Of a DNA stretch of 64,000 nt, positions 1 to 9,573 are shown one piece after another. The DNA is from Candidatus Woesearchaeota archaeon (GTDB lineage: Archaea; Nanobdellota; Nanobdellia; Woesearchaeales; UBA583). Both the position numbers and the translations under genes were made by a program. Location of the stretch: the NCBI GenBank assembly GCA_965205335.1, contig OZ242164.1:320001-384000 (forward strand). Reading direction: 5' to 3'. The notes beneath the pieces are model-generated. The model worked only from the letters and a program-made list of their open reading frames with translations, was not told the origin of the DNA and made no database searches. The number at the start of each line of letters is the position of its first letter. Position 1 is the stretch's first letter.

Positions 1-1596
1 TGCAACGACAAAAACAGAAAACAAATCATAAAAAAACTAAACATAAAACCAATCAGAGAACTATCAGGTGTAACTGTTGTTGCCCTATTCTCAAAACCAC
101 ACAGCTGCCCCCATGGAAAATGCATGTACTGCCCGGGAGGACCTAACTCGCCATTTGGAGACACCCCTCAATCATACACTGGAGAAGAACCTGCCGCAAA
201 AAGAGCAATAAGAAACCACTTTGATCCCTACCTTCAAATATTCAACAGATTAGAACACTACATAATAAACGGACACAACCCTGACAAAATAGAACTCATC
301 TTTATGGGAGGAACATTTCCAAGCCTTGAAAAAGAATACAGAGACGAATTCGTAAAAAACACATACAAAGCAATCAATGACTTTGGAGACTCATTCATAA
401 AAACAAACAAAGACGGAAAAAAAACAATAAACTATGAAAACTTCAATAAATTCTTTGAAACAAAAGAAGACTTTAGAGCCCAAAACAGACAAACAAAATT
501 ACACAAAAAAATCCTCAAACTAAAACAAAAAAACCAACTAAAATTACAACAGGAAATAAAAAGAAATGAAACAGCAAAAATAAGATGCATAGGCTTAACA
601 ATTGAAACAAAACCAGACTGGGCTCTAAAAGAACACTGCAACGAAATGCTCAGATACGGATGCACAAGATTTGAAGTAGGAGTTCAGACACTAAACGAAG
701 ACTGCTTAAAAAAAACAAACCGAGGACACACACTAAATGATACAAAAAAATCCTTCCAGACAATGAAAGATATGTGCTTTAAAATTAATGCTCATATGAT
801 GTTAGGACTTCCAGCATCAACCCTTGAAATAGACGAAAAATCCCTAACAGACCTATTTGAACTACCTGATTACAGACCTGATATGCTAAAAATATATCCG
901 TGTTTAGTAGTATTAGGCACTCCTCTCTACAATATGTGGAAAAAAGGAATGTTTGAACCAATCAACACAAAAAAAGCATCCCAGATAATAGCAAGAGCCT
1001 ACTCTAAATTTCCAAGATACGTTAGAGTTATGAGAGTTCAAAGAGACATACCGACAACTCTTGTAAATGAAGGAGTTCAGAACTCAAACCTAAGACAATT
1101 TGTTGAAAAAGAAATGGAGAAACAAAAAATCCAGTCAAAAGACATACGGGCAAGAGAAATAGGACTAAGACAAATGCAGGGAATAAAAACTGGCAAATTC
1201 CAAATCAAAACACAAGAATATGGCTCATCATCAGGAAAAGAATTTTTCATAGATATTGCCGATGAAAACGACACAATGATTGGTTTCATCCGTTTAAGAT
1301 TCCCCTCCAAATACAACCTAAGACCAGAAATCACAAAACAAACAGCCCTGATAAGAGAACTTCACATATACGGACAGACAATTCCAGTTGGAGAAAGCAA
1401 TCAAAAAGACGAAACAAAAAATAACTCAAAATCCCAGCACAAAGGATGGGGAAGAAAACTCCTATCAAAAGCAGAACAAATTGCAAAACAAAACGGATAC
1501 AAAAAAATGGCAATAATATCAGGAATTGGAGTTAGAGAATACTACAGAAAATTCAGATATGAATTAGAAGGAGCATATATGGTTAAAAACCTGTAA
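1..1596 (+). CDS. elp3: Elp3 tRNA uridine(34) acetyltransferase (radical SAM + GNAT), 5'-partial; the frame is open from base 1
   Basis: Frame 1 reads KPIRELSGVTVVA...CPHGKCMYCPGG (CxxxxCxxC). Also GGTF, ETKPD, RVQRDIP, RELHIYG, QHKGWG and ISGIGVREYYRK, all typical of Elp3. Confidence 0.96.
   Translation, partial: CNDKNRKQIIKKLNIKPIRELSGVTVVALFSKPHSCPHGKCMYCPGGPNSPFGDTPQSYTGEEPAAKRAIRNHFDPYLQIFNRLEHYIINGHNPDKIELIFMGGTFPSLEKEYRDEFVKNTYKAINDFGDSFIKTNKDGKKTINYENFNKFFETKEDFRAQNRQTKLHKKILKLKQKNQLKLQQEIKRNETAKIRCIGLTIETKPDWALKEHCNEMLRYGCTRFEVGVQTLNEDCLKKTNRGHTLNDTKKSFQTMKDMCFKINAHMMLGLPASTLEIDEKSLTDLFELPDYRPDMLKIYPCLVVLGTPLYNMWKKGMFEPINTKKASQIIARAYSKFPRYVRVMRVQRDIPTTLVNEGVQNSNLRQFVEKEMEKQKIQSKDIRAREIGLRQMQGIKTGKFQIKTQEYGSSSGKEFFIDIADENDTMIGFIRLRFPSKYNLRPEITKQTALIRELHIYGQTIPVGESNQKDETKNNSKSQHKGWGRKLLSKAEQIAKQNGYKKMAIISGIGVREYYRKFRYELEGAYMVKNL
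1531..1596 (+). repeat. Left att-like direct repeat (the current elp3 3' end)
   Basis: 58/66 nt identical to 51016-51081. Confidence 0.85.
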
Positions 1597-1750
1597 AACA
1601 TCTATAAACAGAATACTATGGCTAAAATCAAACAGGCAGAAAAAGACACTGATATAACCATTTTGACAGAAATCAAAATATAACGTTATTCTTTTAAGTT
1701 TAAAATTATCAAAAATATGCAGACTGTGAGGCACACTTTTAATTAATACA

Positions 1751-2011
1751 TTATTTCTTCTTTTTCTTGTTAATATATTTTTGTTGTTTTCCCCCCTTTC
1801 CTGATTTTTGGGATGTTTGGACATCATCAACTATAACTTTACCATCACATTTTTTAGTTCTTCCTAAAATTTTAGTGTTATTATTAAATGGTCTTTCAAT
1901 TAAATAGTTTAATTTTCTATAAATTATCCTTTTACTTTTTTCATCTAATCCTTCAACAAAATCACTAACTTTATCTTCAATCTCTAAAATATAAAGCCGT
2001 TGTTCTTTCAC
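1751..2011 (-). pseudogene. RelE/ParE-like toxin, apparently lacking its central catalytic strands
   Basis: The N-terminus YILEIEDKVSDFVEGLDEKSKRIIYRKLNYLIERPF is RelE-like, but no R-x-G-x-Y-R-I motif follows. Its GTG start overlaps the stop of the upstream small ORF. Confidence 0.55.
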
Positions 2012-2130
2012 TTTAAACTTTGCATTTTCTTTGCCATCTCATCAACTGTTGGCGGTTGTTTGAATATAAGAGTATGATACTTTTTCCCTCTTCCATCAAA
2101 TATTTTTTTTAATTTTGCATCCATATACAT
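2008..2130 (-). CDS. Small putative antitoxin (about 40 aa, MYMDAKLKKIFDGRGKKYHTLIFKQPPTVDEMARKMQSLK)
   Basis: Read by hand. Lies just downstream of a TATA box (2146-2153) and overlaps the RelE-like gene via GTGA. Confidence 0.45.
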   Translation of the reverse strand: MYMDAKLKKIFDGRGKKYHTLIFKQPPTVDEMAKKMQSLK

Positions 2131-2167
2131 TTATAAATTTAAACATCTATAAATTTAACTCAAACCT

Positions 2168-2185
2168 GGCACTGTTCATAAATTC
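2168..2185. mobile_element. Solo IS6-like terminal inverted repeat (GGCACTGTTC)
   Basis: Begins GGCACTGT, like IS26. Lies 14 bp from a minus-strand TATA box. Confidence 0.55.
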
Positions 2186-2219
2186 AAATTTAAGAATTAA
2201 CAACTCGAAAAAATAATGT

Positions 2220-2798
2220 TTAATTTTTTATACTAAGAGTAAACTCAAGTTCTTCTTTATAGAAATCAAATAATGTGTATGGCAAATTTCTACACCAAAT
2301 ATCTTCATTATCTTTTTTACAAATTCTAGGAATCTTATCTATTAATTTTTTATCTTTCACAAAACTCTCTTCAGTAATTAAAATTACTTTTTTATCTTTT
2401 GATTTCAATAGATTTGCATATGCTATTAGATATAAATCAGCATGAGTTGTTTCATATTTTTCTAAATCTGCATCAATTCGAATTTTATTATTGTCATAGA
2501 ATTTTTCATTTTCAACTATATAATATTTTTCCATAAGGTTTTGAACTTCATTAAAAACAATTAGGGATTTAATAACTGAATTCTTAACTTCTTCTTTAAA
2601 TTCATCATAATCTCTACTTCTTAATTCATCAAATACTTTATCTAATAGAATAATTTCTCCTGATTTGATTTTTTCTATTAAAAAATCTTTAAGGCCTTCA
2701 AAAATTATTTTATGTTCATGTTTTGAGTAGTATTGATGATAATATCTAAAAAAATTCATTATACTGGAAGCATCAATTAACACATTATCAAATTTCAT
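2220..2798 (-). CDS. PIN-domain protein (DUF4411-like), putative toxin
   Basis: PIN motifs LIDASS, VFDEL, ADLYLIAYA, LITEE and KIPRIC. Coupled to the upstream peptidase gene by an ATGA overlap. Confidence 0.8.
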   Translation of the reverse strand: MKFDNVLIDASSIMNFFRYYHQYYSKHEHKIIFEGLKDFLIEKIKSGEIILLDKVFDELRSRDYDEFKEEVKNSVIKSLIVFNEVQNLMEKYYIVENEKFYDNNKIRIDADLEKYETTHADLYLIAYANLLKSKDKKVILITEESFVKDKKLIDKIPRICKKDNEDIWCRNLPYTLFDFYKEELEFTLSIKN

Positions 2799-4036
2799 GA
2801 ATAAATCACCTCGTCAAATGATTTATTTTTAACTCCTAAACTTTCCATAACTCTATTTTGATTTATATTTCCTTCAAAATAATTTATCCTAACTAATTCT
2901 TTAAATAATTTTGATTCAATAGCTACTTTTTGCCCAAAATGAAGAGTTCTTCCTTCTTTTTCTGCTTGTTCCTTCTCTAAATTTCTTCGTAGTTTTAGCT
3001 CTTGTTTTTCTTGATTAATTCTTTCAATAATGTCGGAATGTATTTGATTATAATTTTGTCGTGATATTTGATTGTTGATTCTTAACCTTGTATATAACGC
3101 AAAATTACTCAAATGAGTTTCTTCTGTAATTGTATTAATTATATCTTTGTGAAATTTATTATGTTTATTAACTTCTGAAAGTTGCTTTAACTTATCATCA
3201 TATTTTCCTACTAAAAAGAAATATGAAAAATCATAACACCACCTTTCAACATCATTCATATTATTTGAATAACTCTCTCCTACTACATCATCAATTTCTT
3301 CTTGTTCTAATAAATAATGAGCAAATTCATGCATTAGAGTAAAAATTTCTCTCTTAAGATATTCTTGTTGTCTTTTAATTACAATTAAATTAGGACGCAT
3401 AAAAAAACCGTTAAAATTAGCAACAAGTTCTTCTTTTTTCTTATAATCAATAAATTCAAATACAAATACATTAAATTCCTCAATTATCCTAACTAAATTT
3501 TCAAGATAATCTCTATCACTTTTTGATGATTTTAAAGATTTACTTTTTTTTAATTTTTCTTCAACTAAACTAAATTCTTTTCTAATCTCTGTTGCAACCT
3601 CTTTAACATCGTCAGTTAAATTATATTTTTTTAATTTTCTTTCAGCTTTGAAATTAATAGAATTACAATAATTCTCTATTTCAATTTTTTTTCTTTCAAA
3701 TTCTTCAATTAATTTTACTGAGCCTAAATTTAGTTCAGCATTAAACTTATCTTTTCTAAAAAATATACTTAGTTTATCTTTTTCTGGCAAATCCCTTTTA
3801 GTGATATACCAAGTCAATCCTTTCTCAAATATCTTGTCAATTTTCTTTAAAACACTAAATTTTACTTTTCTATTATTATTAAGGACTTCTTCTAACTCTT
3901 CTAATGTTAACACAGGGTTTTTATTATCTCCTTTTAATAAATCTAAAAAATTCTCTTTTGATAACTTAAATAACTCTAAAAGATAGTTTAACCTTTTAGG
4001 ATTTAATACAAATTCCGTGCTATTGCTTAAATTCAT
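2795..4036 (-). CDS. HTH + ImmA/IrrE (Peptidase_M78) zinc metallopeptidase
   Basis: FTLMHEFAHYLL (HExxH) and a downstream ERWCYDF. The N-terminus is Xre-like helical. Confidence 0.85.
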   Translation of the reverse strand: MNLSNSTEFVLNPKRLNYLLELFKLSKENFLDLLKGDNKNPVLTLEELEEVLNNNRKVKFSVLKKIDKIFEKGLTWYITKRDLPEKDKLSIFFRKDKFNAELNLGSVKLIEEFERKKIEIENYCNSINFKAERKLKKYNLTDDVKEVATEIRKEFSLVEEKLKKSKSLKSSKSDRDYLENLVRIIEEFNVFVFEFIDYKKKEELVANFNGFFMRPNLIVIKRQQEYLKREIFTLMHEFAHYLLEQEEIDDVVGESYSNNMNDVERWCYDFSYFFLVGKYDDKLKQLSEVNKHNKFHKDIINTITEETHLSNFALYTRLRINNQISRQNYNQIHSDIIERINQEKQELKLRRNLEKEQAEKEGRTLHFGQKVAIESKLFKELVRINYFEGNINQNRVMESLGVKNKSFDEVIYS

Positions 4037-4099
4037 ACTTATATATAATTCATATAGATAAATTATTAAAACTTTGCTTTAAAAATGTTTGTTATTTAG

Positions 4100-4208
4100 G
4101 GCTCTGTCCAGAAATTGTTTTCTCCAAAATCTATGCTAACTAAATTCAATCAAAGAAAAAAATTATTCATCAAAAATTGCTCTATTTCTTGAATTTCTGG
4201 ACAAAGCC
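4100..4208. mobile_element. MITE (non-autonomous IS6-like element), 109 bp
   Basis: TIRs GGCTCTGTCCAGAAATT / AATTTCTGGACAAAGCC. The interior is an inverted homologue of 61193-61320. The flanks do not match, so there is no TSD here. Confidence 0.8.
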
Positions 4209-4217
4209 CGGAATTCG

Positions 4218-4360
4218 GGTACTGTTCAATTTTAGGGGGATAAAGATTTTATCATAATTTTTTTCCAATTAGGTTTTACATCTAATCCGCTCACTTGTGC
4301 AGGAGTAAGACCGCCTAAACCCAGATGAGGTTTAACAAAGTTATAGTAGTTCTTGAAACC
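4218..4360 (-). mobile_element. IS6-family remnant: transposase C-terminus plus terminal IR
   Basis: The minus strand reads GFKNYYNFVKPHLGLGGLTPAQVSGLDVKPNWKKIMIKSLSP*, followed by the end GGTACTGTTCAATTTTAGGGG. Homologous to 55565-55813. Confidence 0.8.
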
Positions 4361-4577
4361 AAAATTATTTAGACATACTTTGAAGGATTATAGTGCCTTT
4401 AGTGGAGAAATCAAAGAAATGTATAAAAGAACACCCAGTATTGATGAAAAAATAAAATTGATAGGTTTGAAGATGAAATTAAATAAAGAAATGTATGATC
4501 TAAACGAAAAAATAATGTTTAATTTTGAAACTTTTCCAAACTATATACAATTATATACGCTTGTAAATAAACTGTAA
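4353..4577 (+). pseudogene. 5'-truncated member of a local helical paralogue family
   Basis: The TTG start lies inside the IS remnant. EIKEMYKRTPSIDEKIKLIGLKMKL resembles motifs in the three ORFs at 4680-6305. Confidence 0.5.
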
Positions 4578-4681
4578 CAAATTGTATCATTTTATGTGTT
4601 TTTTTTTGTTGTTATTCTGCATAATGATTATATATACTTGTAAACAAACTACAACGAATCATATCATTTTATGTGTTTTTT
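4552..4681 (+). repeat. Imperfect ~50-bp direct repeat (two copies) between convergent genes
   Basis: tatatacgcttgtaaataaactgtaacaaattgtatcattttatgtgtttttt versus tatatacttgtaaacaaactacaacgaatcatatcattttatgtgtttttt. Confidence 0.7.
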
Positions 4682-5324
4682 AACTTTCCATTTGCATATC
4701 ATTATCCTGACTTGTTTGGATGTCCTCATCCATTTCATCCTTGATGTCTTCATCCTGTTCTCCTACTTTGGTGCTATCATTATGTTCTTCTCCTTCAATG
4801 TCATCATCTTTTTCTGTTTGGATGTCTTTATCCATTTCATCCTTGATGTCTTCATCCAGTTCTTCTGCTTCAATGTTATCATTCTGATCTGTCTGGTTGC
4901 TAGCTTCTTGTTGTTCTAACTCTTTCTGAATTCGTTCCTTTTCATCTTTATCCTCATACGAATAACTTAGGTCCCAACTATCACAGAAATTCTTAACATC
5001 TTTTATATATTTAAATTTCAACTGAACAACTCTTTCTTTTTCTCCTACTGTTTCAGACTCTAATGATATTTTTTGTATGTCATCTCTCAAATTCAAAAGA
5101 TCACCTAATACTAAAGTAGGTAAGTCATATTGATTTATCTCTTCTTTTACTCTTAGGTTAAATAGTCTTATGTAACTCCTTGCAGTCTGTATGTTGACAT
5201 CATAAGCCTCAGCAATATACTTAGATGATGTAACATTTTTTCCTGATTTCCATTTCATAATTATATCATCAACAATGTGATCAGTCCGCGTTAACTTTTT
5301 ATTCATTTTATTATTTTCATCCAT
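4680..5324 (-). CDS. Hypothetical protein: N-terminal HTH-like region, helical middle and acidic repeat tail
   Basis: SKYIAEAYDVNIQTARSYIR is HTH-like. DEDIKDEMD(K/E)DIQT is repeated 34 aa apart. Confidence 0.65.
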   Translation of the reverse strand: MDENNKMNKKLTRTDHIVDDIIMKWKSGKNVTSSKYIAEAYDVNIQTARSYIRLFNLRVKEEINQYDLPTLVLGDLLNLRDDIQKISLESETVGEKERVVQLKFKYIKDVKNFCDSWDLSYSYEDKDEKERIQKELEQQEASNQTDQNDNIEAEELDEDIKDEMDKDIQTEKDDDIEGEEHNDSTKVGEQDEDIKDEMDEDIQTSQDNDMQMES

Positions 5325-5629
5325 TTTTTAATAAATAATTGTCGCAAAGATAAACTGAATTATCTAAGCATGAATAATCATCATATTCCATCCTTTATAA
5401 AGATGCTTACTTCAAGTGACACCAAAAAATATATAAACGATTATATACTGTTATTTATTAAAAAACCATATTTAGTTCTTATTTATTTCAAGTGAATGTT
5501 AGTTTAAATAATCAACTCTGCTATACTTTTTCTTATATTGTTCCCCTTTTATCCAATTCCCATTAAAGCTTTCCATTTTTTATCAGATTCACTTAAAACC
5601 TCTTTAACAAAAATTGAATTGCAAGGATT

Positions 5630-5941
5630 CTATTTCTTCAAATCTGAAATCTGCTGAGAAAATTTTTGCCTACTTTTTAAATAATTTTCTTTTGATAGAT
5701 AGGCCTCATTCAATTTATCCCTTTTAATATTAGTCATTTGTTCGCCTAATTTACTTTCTAAATCCATAAGTTTTATTTTTTTCTTAAAACAATTTGTACT
5801 TTTTAACATTTTCCTAACCTCTTTTTTCCAATATAAAAAACTTCTCAAAGCAATATTATATAGTTCCGTATCTGAAATGTCTCTGCTCCCATTCTCAGTT
5901 GAATTTTTATTCTGCTCCGAATTACTATTATTTGCCATCAT
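5630..5941 (-). CDS. Hypothetical helical protein (local paralogue family)
   Basis: Likely start MMANN, with GGAG upstream. Contains EVRKMLKSTNCFKKKIKLMDLESKL. Confidence 0.6.
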   Translation of the reverse strand: MMANNSNSEQNKNSTENGSRDISDTELYNIALRSFLYWKKEVRKMLKSTNCFKKKIKLMDLESKLGEQMTNIKRDKLNEAYLSKENYLKSRQKFSQQISDLKK

Positions 5942-5954
5942 TATAAACTCACCA

Positions 5955-6305
5955 TTATGATTCTGAGGGTGAAATAGACCTCCAAAATTCATCTTTCTTT
6001 TTCTGCCTGATTCTAAGCATTTGCAAGTCTTGCTTAATATCAAACTCAATTAATTTAATCCTTTTATTAATGTTTTTTGTGTTCTTAAACATTTTTATAG
6101 TTACATTCTTCTGATCAATATAATTCCCATAATAATTATTAATTGATAGATTAAGTTGAGTCATTGAATTAAAGTATTCTTCCAGAATAGGTAGTCTAAA
6201 TTTTCTTTCTTCTCTAAAATCTTCAACTAAATTATTAAGGAGTTCTTTTATAGGAATATCTGTTTTTCCTTCATCCGAAAAAGACTTCTTACTATTTTTT
6301 TCCAT
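5955..6305 (-). CDS. Hypothetical helical protein (local paralogue family)
   Basis: Likely start MEKNSKK, below a TATA box at about 6333. Contains TIKMFKNTKNINKRIKLIEFDIK. Confidence 0.6.
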   Translation of the reverse strand: MEKNSKKSFSDEGKTDIPIKELLNNLVEDFREERKFRLPILEEYFNSMTQLNLSINNYYGNYIDQKNVTIKMFKNTKNINKRIKLIEFDIKQDLQMLRIRQKKKDEFWRSISPSES

Positions 6306-6697
6306 CTTAATAATATTAAGAAACTTTTGTCCTTTATAAAGATGCTTATTCTTACGTGACACCTTAAATTTATAAACGGTTATTTATAAAAAAACTATAA
6401 ATTAATCCTATAATAGGGCTTCCTTAAATTTTTTCTCAAATTCATATTGTGATTTAAGATTATAGAACTCTAAACCAATCATTTAAATTATATCTTCAAT
6501 ATCCTCTTCTAAAAAGATTAATATTGATTTTTCTATTTTATTTAAAGATTCTTTATTTTTCAAATATCTTAAATTATAATTTGAGTATCTAATTGTTTCA
6601 TTTAATCTTTCGTAGAATTTCTCTTTATACTTTAAAATTAATCCTCTAATTTCTTCAGTTGACTTTTCATTAAAAACAAACTGTGAATTCTCACTTT

Positions 6698-7216
6698 TTA
6701 AAACTCCTTCTTTACATATTTAATAGGGTTCTGGCTTCCCTTTTTCCAATATTTAGAGACATCTTTATTATAATATTTATCCCATATCTTTTTACTTGCT
6801 GGTTTACCATCAAAACCTTTTCTGTCATTCCCCATAAACCCTTTTATGTTATTTTCGTATATTCCCCATTCTTTGATTTCAAAAACTCCTTTAACAATTC
6901 CACTGTGCACACTACATGCATACTTAATGTTTTTAACACTCTCTAGACTAACCACCCAAGATGCTCTTGTTGTTTCATATAATTCTTTCTTTGACATACC
7001 TTTTCTATAAAGATTGTTAATATTAATTAAAATTAGATGGTGTTCAACATCTATTAGAGGTTCAGCTAAGAACTCATCAATTTCTTTAATTTGTGAATGA
7101 TGACCTCTAACTTTATTAGTTAAGTTCTCTATACCTATCAAATCACCTCATCTTTTTTCAAAGGATCTCTCAATAGATAAACGTAATATTTTTCCAAGTT
7201 ATATTTTTGATTCATT
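6698..7216 (-). pseudogene. LEM-3-like GIY-YIG nuclease gene with an internal deletion
   Basis: From 7216 it reads MNQKYNLEKYYVYLLRDPLKKDEVI*. It then jumps to LIGIENLTNKVRGH...LYETTRASW...GIVKGVFEI. The intervening catalytic part is missing. Confidence 0.65.
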
Positions 7217-7303
7217 TTAAATTTAATTTTTATAAATTTCTTATATAACCTTGTATCCTTTATTGAATGGATATAATAAAAAAAACATAGAGTTCCCAAG
7301 AAC

Positions 7304-7313
7304 AATCAGAACC
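7304..7313. mobile_element. Solo IS6-like end (reverse complement GGTTCTGATT) ahead of the hsdM promoter
   Basis: Ends at 7313; TATATAAA starts at 7328, a 14-bp gap. Confidence 0.5.
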
Positions 7314-7357
7314 TTTAGTTAGAAATATATATAAATAAGCTACTAAATATCTTTTAT

Positions 7358-9079
7358 ATGAGTTCAGAGAGTGTAAATGTGTCCAAAGAAGCAGGATTTA
7401 TATGGGAGATTGCCAATGATTTGAGAGGTAATTTCAAACAATATGAGTTTCAGGACATAATTTTGCCATTAATTGTATTAAGAAGATTAGAAATCAGGCT
7501 GGAAAGGACAAGAACAGATGTAAAGAATAAACTTTCAGACAATCATTCACTTAGAAAGCTTAATGATGAGGAATTTAATAATAATGAGCAGGTTGGAGAG
7601 ATTATTTATGGTAGAATTAATTACAATAACAGTTCACAATACACTTTCAGAAAATTAATCGGGGATGATGAGAAGAATATAAAAGAGAACTTTTCTTCTT
7701 ATCTTGATGGTTATTCAGAGAATATCAAACATATTTTTGTAAATTTTGGTTTCTATGAGAAAGTAAAAGAACTTGCAAAACATAAGTTACTTTTAACTTT
7801 AATTAAAAAGTTTTCAAATCCTGAGCTTGACTTCTTATCTCCTTATGTAACATCTAATGAGAAGATGGGTTACATTTTTGAGGACTTGATTAGAAGGTTT
7901 GCAGAACAGTCCAATGAAACGGCAGGAGAGCATTTTACACCACGAGAAGTTATTCAGTTAATGGTCAGGTTGCTCGGAATTGAGGATTTTCATATAAAGG
8001 AAGGCAAGGATATTAATATATATGATGTTGCTTGCGGAACAGGTGGTATGCTTACAATGGCAGAGAAATATATTAAGGATGAATTGGGGTTAAAAAATGC
8101 AGTTAATCTTTACGGGCAGGAATTAAATCCCAAGTCTTATGCTGTATGTTATAGTGATATGCTTTTGAAGGGTGGAAATCCAACTAATATTAAGGAGGGA
8201 AATTCTTTGACTGATGAGGATAAACTTGATGGTTACAGGTTTGATTTTATGCTTTCCAATCCTCCTTTCGGGGTTTCATGGTCACAGTATGCAGATAAGA
8301 TTTTTGATAAAAAGTCAAAGAAGGTTTATATTGAGAAGTATTCAATGGGTGTTCCAAGAAGCAGTGATGGTTCTCTGCTGTTTTTGTTAAATATGATTTC
8401 CAAGATGAGAAATGAAAAGGATGGGGGTTCTGGCATTGCAATTGTTTTTAGCGGTTCTCCATTATTTTCTGGCGATGCAGGAAGCGGTGAGAGTAATATT
8501 AGAAAGTATTTGTTAGAGAATGATTTGATTGAAACTATTGTTGCACTGCCAACTAATTTGTTTTATAATACTGGTATTGGGACTTACGTCTGGATTGTAA
8601 GAAATAATAAGGCAAAAACTAAGAGAGAAGGAAAGGTTCAGTTGATTAATGCAGTTTCTTTTTATGAGAAAATGAAGAAGTCTCTTGGAGATAAGAGGCA
8701 TTTTATTTCTTCTGAGCAGATTGATAAGGTTTCTAAAACTCATAAGGAGTTTAGAGAAGGTGAGTTTTCAAAGATTTTCAGGACAACAGATTTTGGGTTT
8801 GCAAAGGTAAGTTTAACTCTTGATGATATTGATGAGAATGACAAGAGTATAAAGGTTAATGATGCTGAGAAGATTCCTCTTAATGAGAATAAGGAAGAGT
8901 ATTTGAGAAGAGAAGTTGAATTGCCATACAAGATTAAAAAGGAAGTTGTTGGATATGAGGTTAATTTCACTCAATATTTCTATAAATACGAAGAATTAAG
9001 AGGTTTAAAGAAAATAAGCAAGGAAATTCAGGACATTGAAAAAGAGAATTCAAAGTTGTTAAAAGACTTGGAGCTATAG
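7358..9079 (+). CDS. hsdM: Type I R-M methyltransferase subunit M
   Basis: GEHFTPREV, YDVACGTGGML, GQELN, NPPF and LFYNTGI motifs. Confidence 0.95.
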   Translation: MSSESVNVSKEAGFIWEIANDLRGNFKQYEFQDIILPLIVLRRLEIRLERTRTDVKNKLSDNHSLRKLNDEEFNNNEQVGEIIYGRINYNNSSQYTFRKLIGDDEKNIKENFSSYLDGYSENIKHIFVNFGFYEKVKELAKHKLLLTLIKKFSNPELDFLSPYVTSNEKMGYIFEDLIRRFAEQSNETAGEHFTPREVIQLMVRLLGIEDFHIKEGKDINIYDVACGTGGMLTMAEKYIKDELGLKNAVNLYGQELNPKSYAVCYSDMLLKGGNPTNIKEGNSLTDEDKLDGYRFDFMLSNPPFGVSWSQYADKIFDKKSKKVYIEKYSMGVPRSSDGSLLFLLNMISKMRNEKDGGSGIAIVFSGSPLFSGDAGSGESNIRKYLLENDLIETIVALPTNLFYNTGIGTYVWIVRNNKAKTKREGKVQLINAVSFYEKMKKSLGDKRHFISSEQIDKVSKTHKEFREGEFSKIFRTTDFGFAKVSLTLDDIDENDKSIKVNDAEKIPLNENKEEYLRREVELPYKIKKEVVGYEVNFTQYFYKYEELRGLKKISKEIQDIEKENSKLLKDLEL

Positions 9080-9080
9080 A

Positions 9081-9527
9081 ATGGAAGTTGCTAATATAAA
9101 AGAAAAAGTAAATATTGCTTTGGATATTTTATATAGCAATGATTATTATTTAATTGAAAATAATCTTCACGAACAATCAATTTCTCATAAATTAGCAGAA
9201 TATTTACAAATACTATTCAAAGAATATAACATTGACTGTGAGTTTAACAGAAGAGAAACTACCGATGTCAAAAAAGCAACTTTATCAGATAATGAAGAAC
9301 ATATAATTAAACCTGATATAATAATTCATAAAAGAGGTACTCAGAGAGATAATTTATTAATTATTGAAATTAAAAAAGGAATAGAAAATGAAGTTAATAA
9401 TGATATTGAAAAATTAAAATCTATGACTGGTGATGGATATGGATACAAATTAGGTTTGTTTTTAGAATTATATAGAGATAAACAAAACACAATAGAAAGA
9501 TGGTTTGAGGAAGGTAAAGAACAATGA
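9081..9527 (+). CDS. Putative PD-(D/E)xK nuclease-fold protein
   Basis: HEQSISHKLAEYL...IDCEFNR...KPDIIIHKRG...LIIEIKK pattern. Confidence 0.6.
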   Translation: MEVANIKEKVNIALDILYSNDYYLIENNLHEQSISHKLAEYLQILFKEYNIDCEFNRRETTDVKKATLSDNEEHIIKPDIIIHKRGTQRDNLLIIEIKKGIENEVNNDIEKLKSMTGDGYGYKLGLFLELYRDKQNTIERWFEEGKEQ

Positions 9528-9573
9528 GAACATATAAAGAATTCAAAATTATTAAGAGAGTTAGGGTTATAAA

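Noticed and set aside
6416-6430. gggcttcc 14-15 bp from a TATA-like box as another IS end
   Set aside because: Too degenerate (lacks CTGT); not counted in the spacing pattern.
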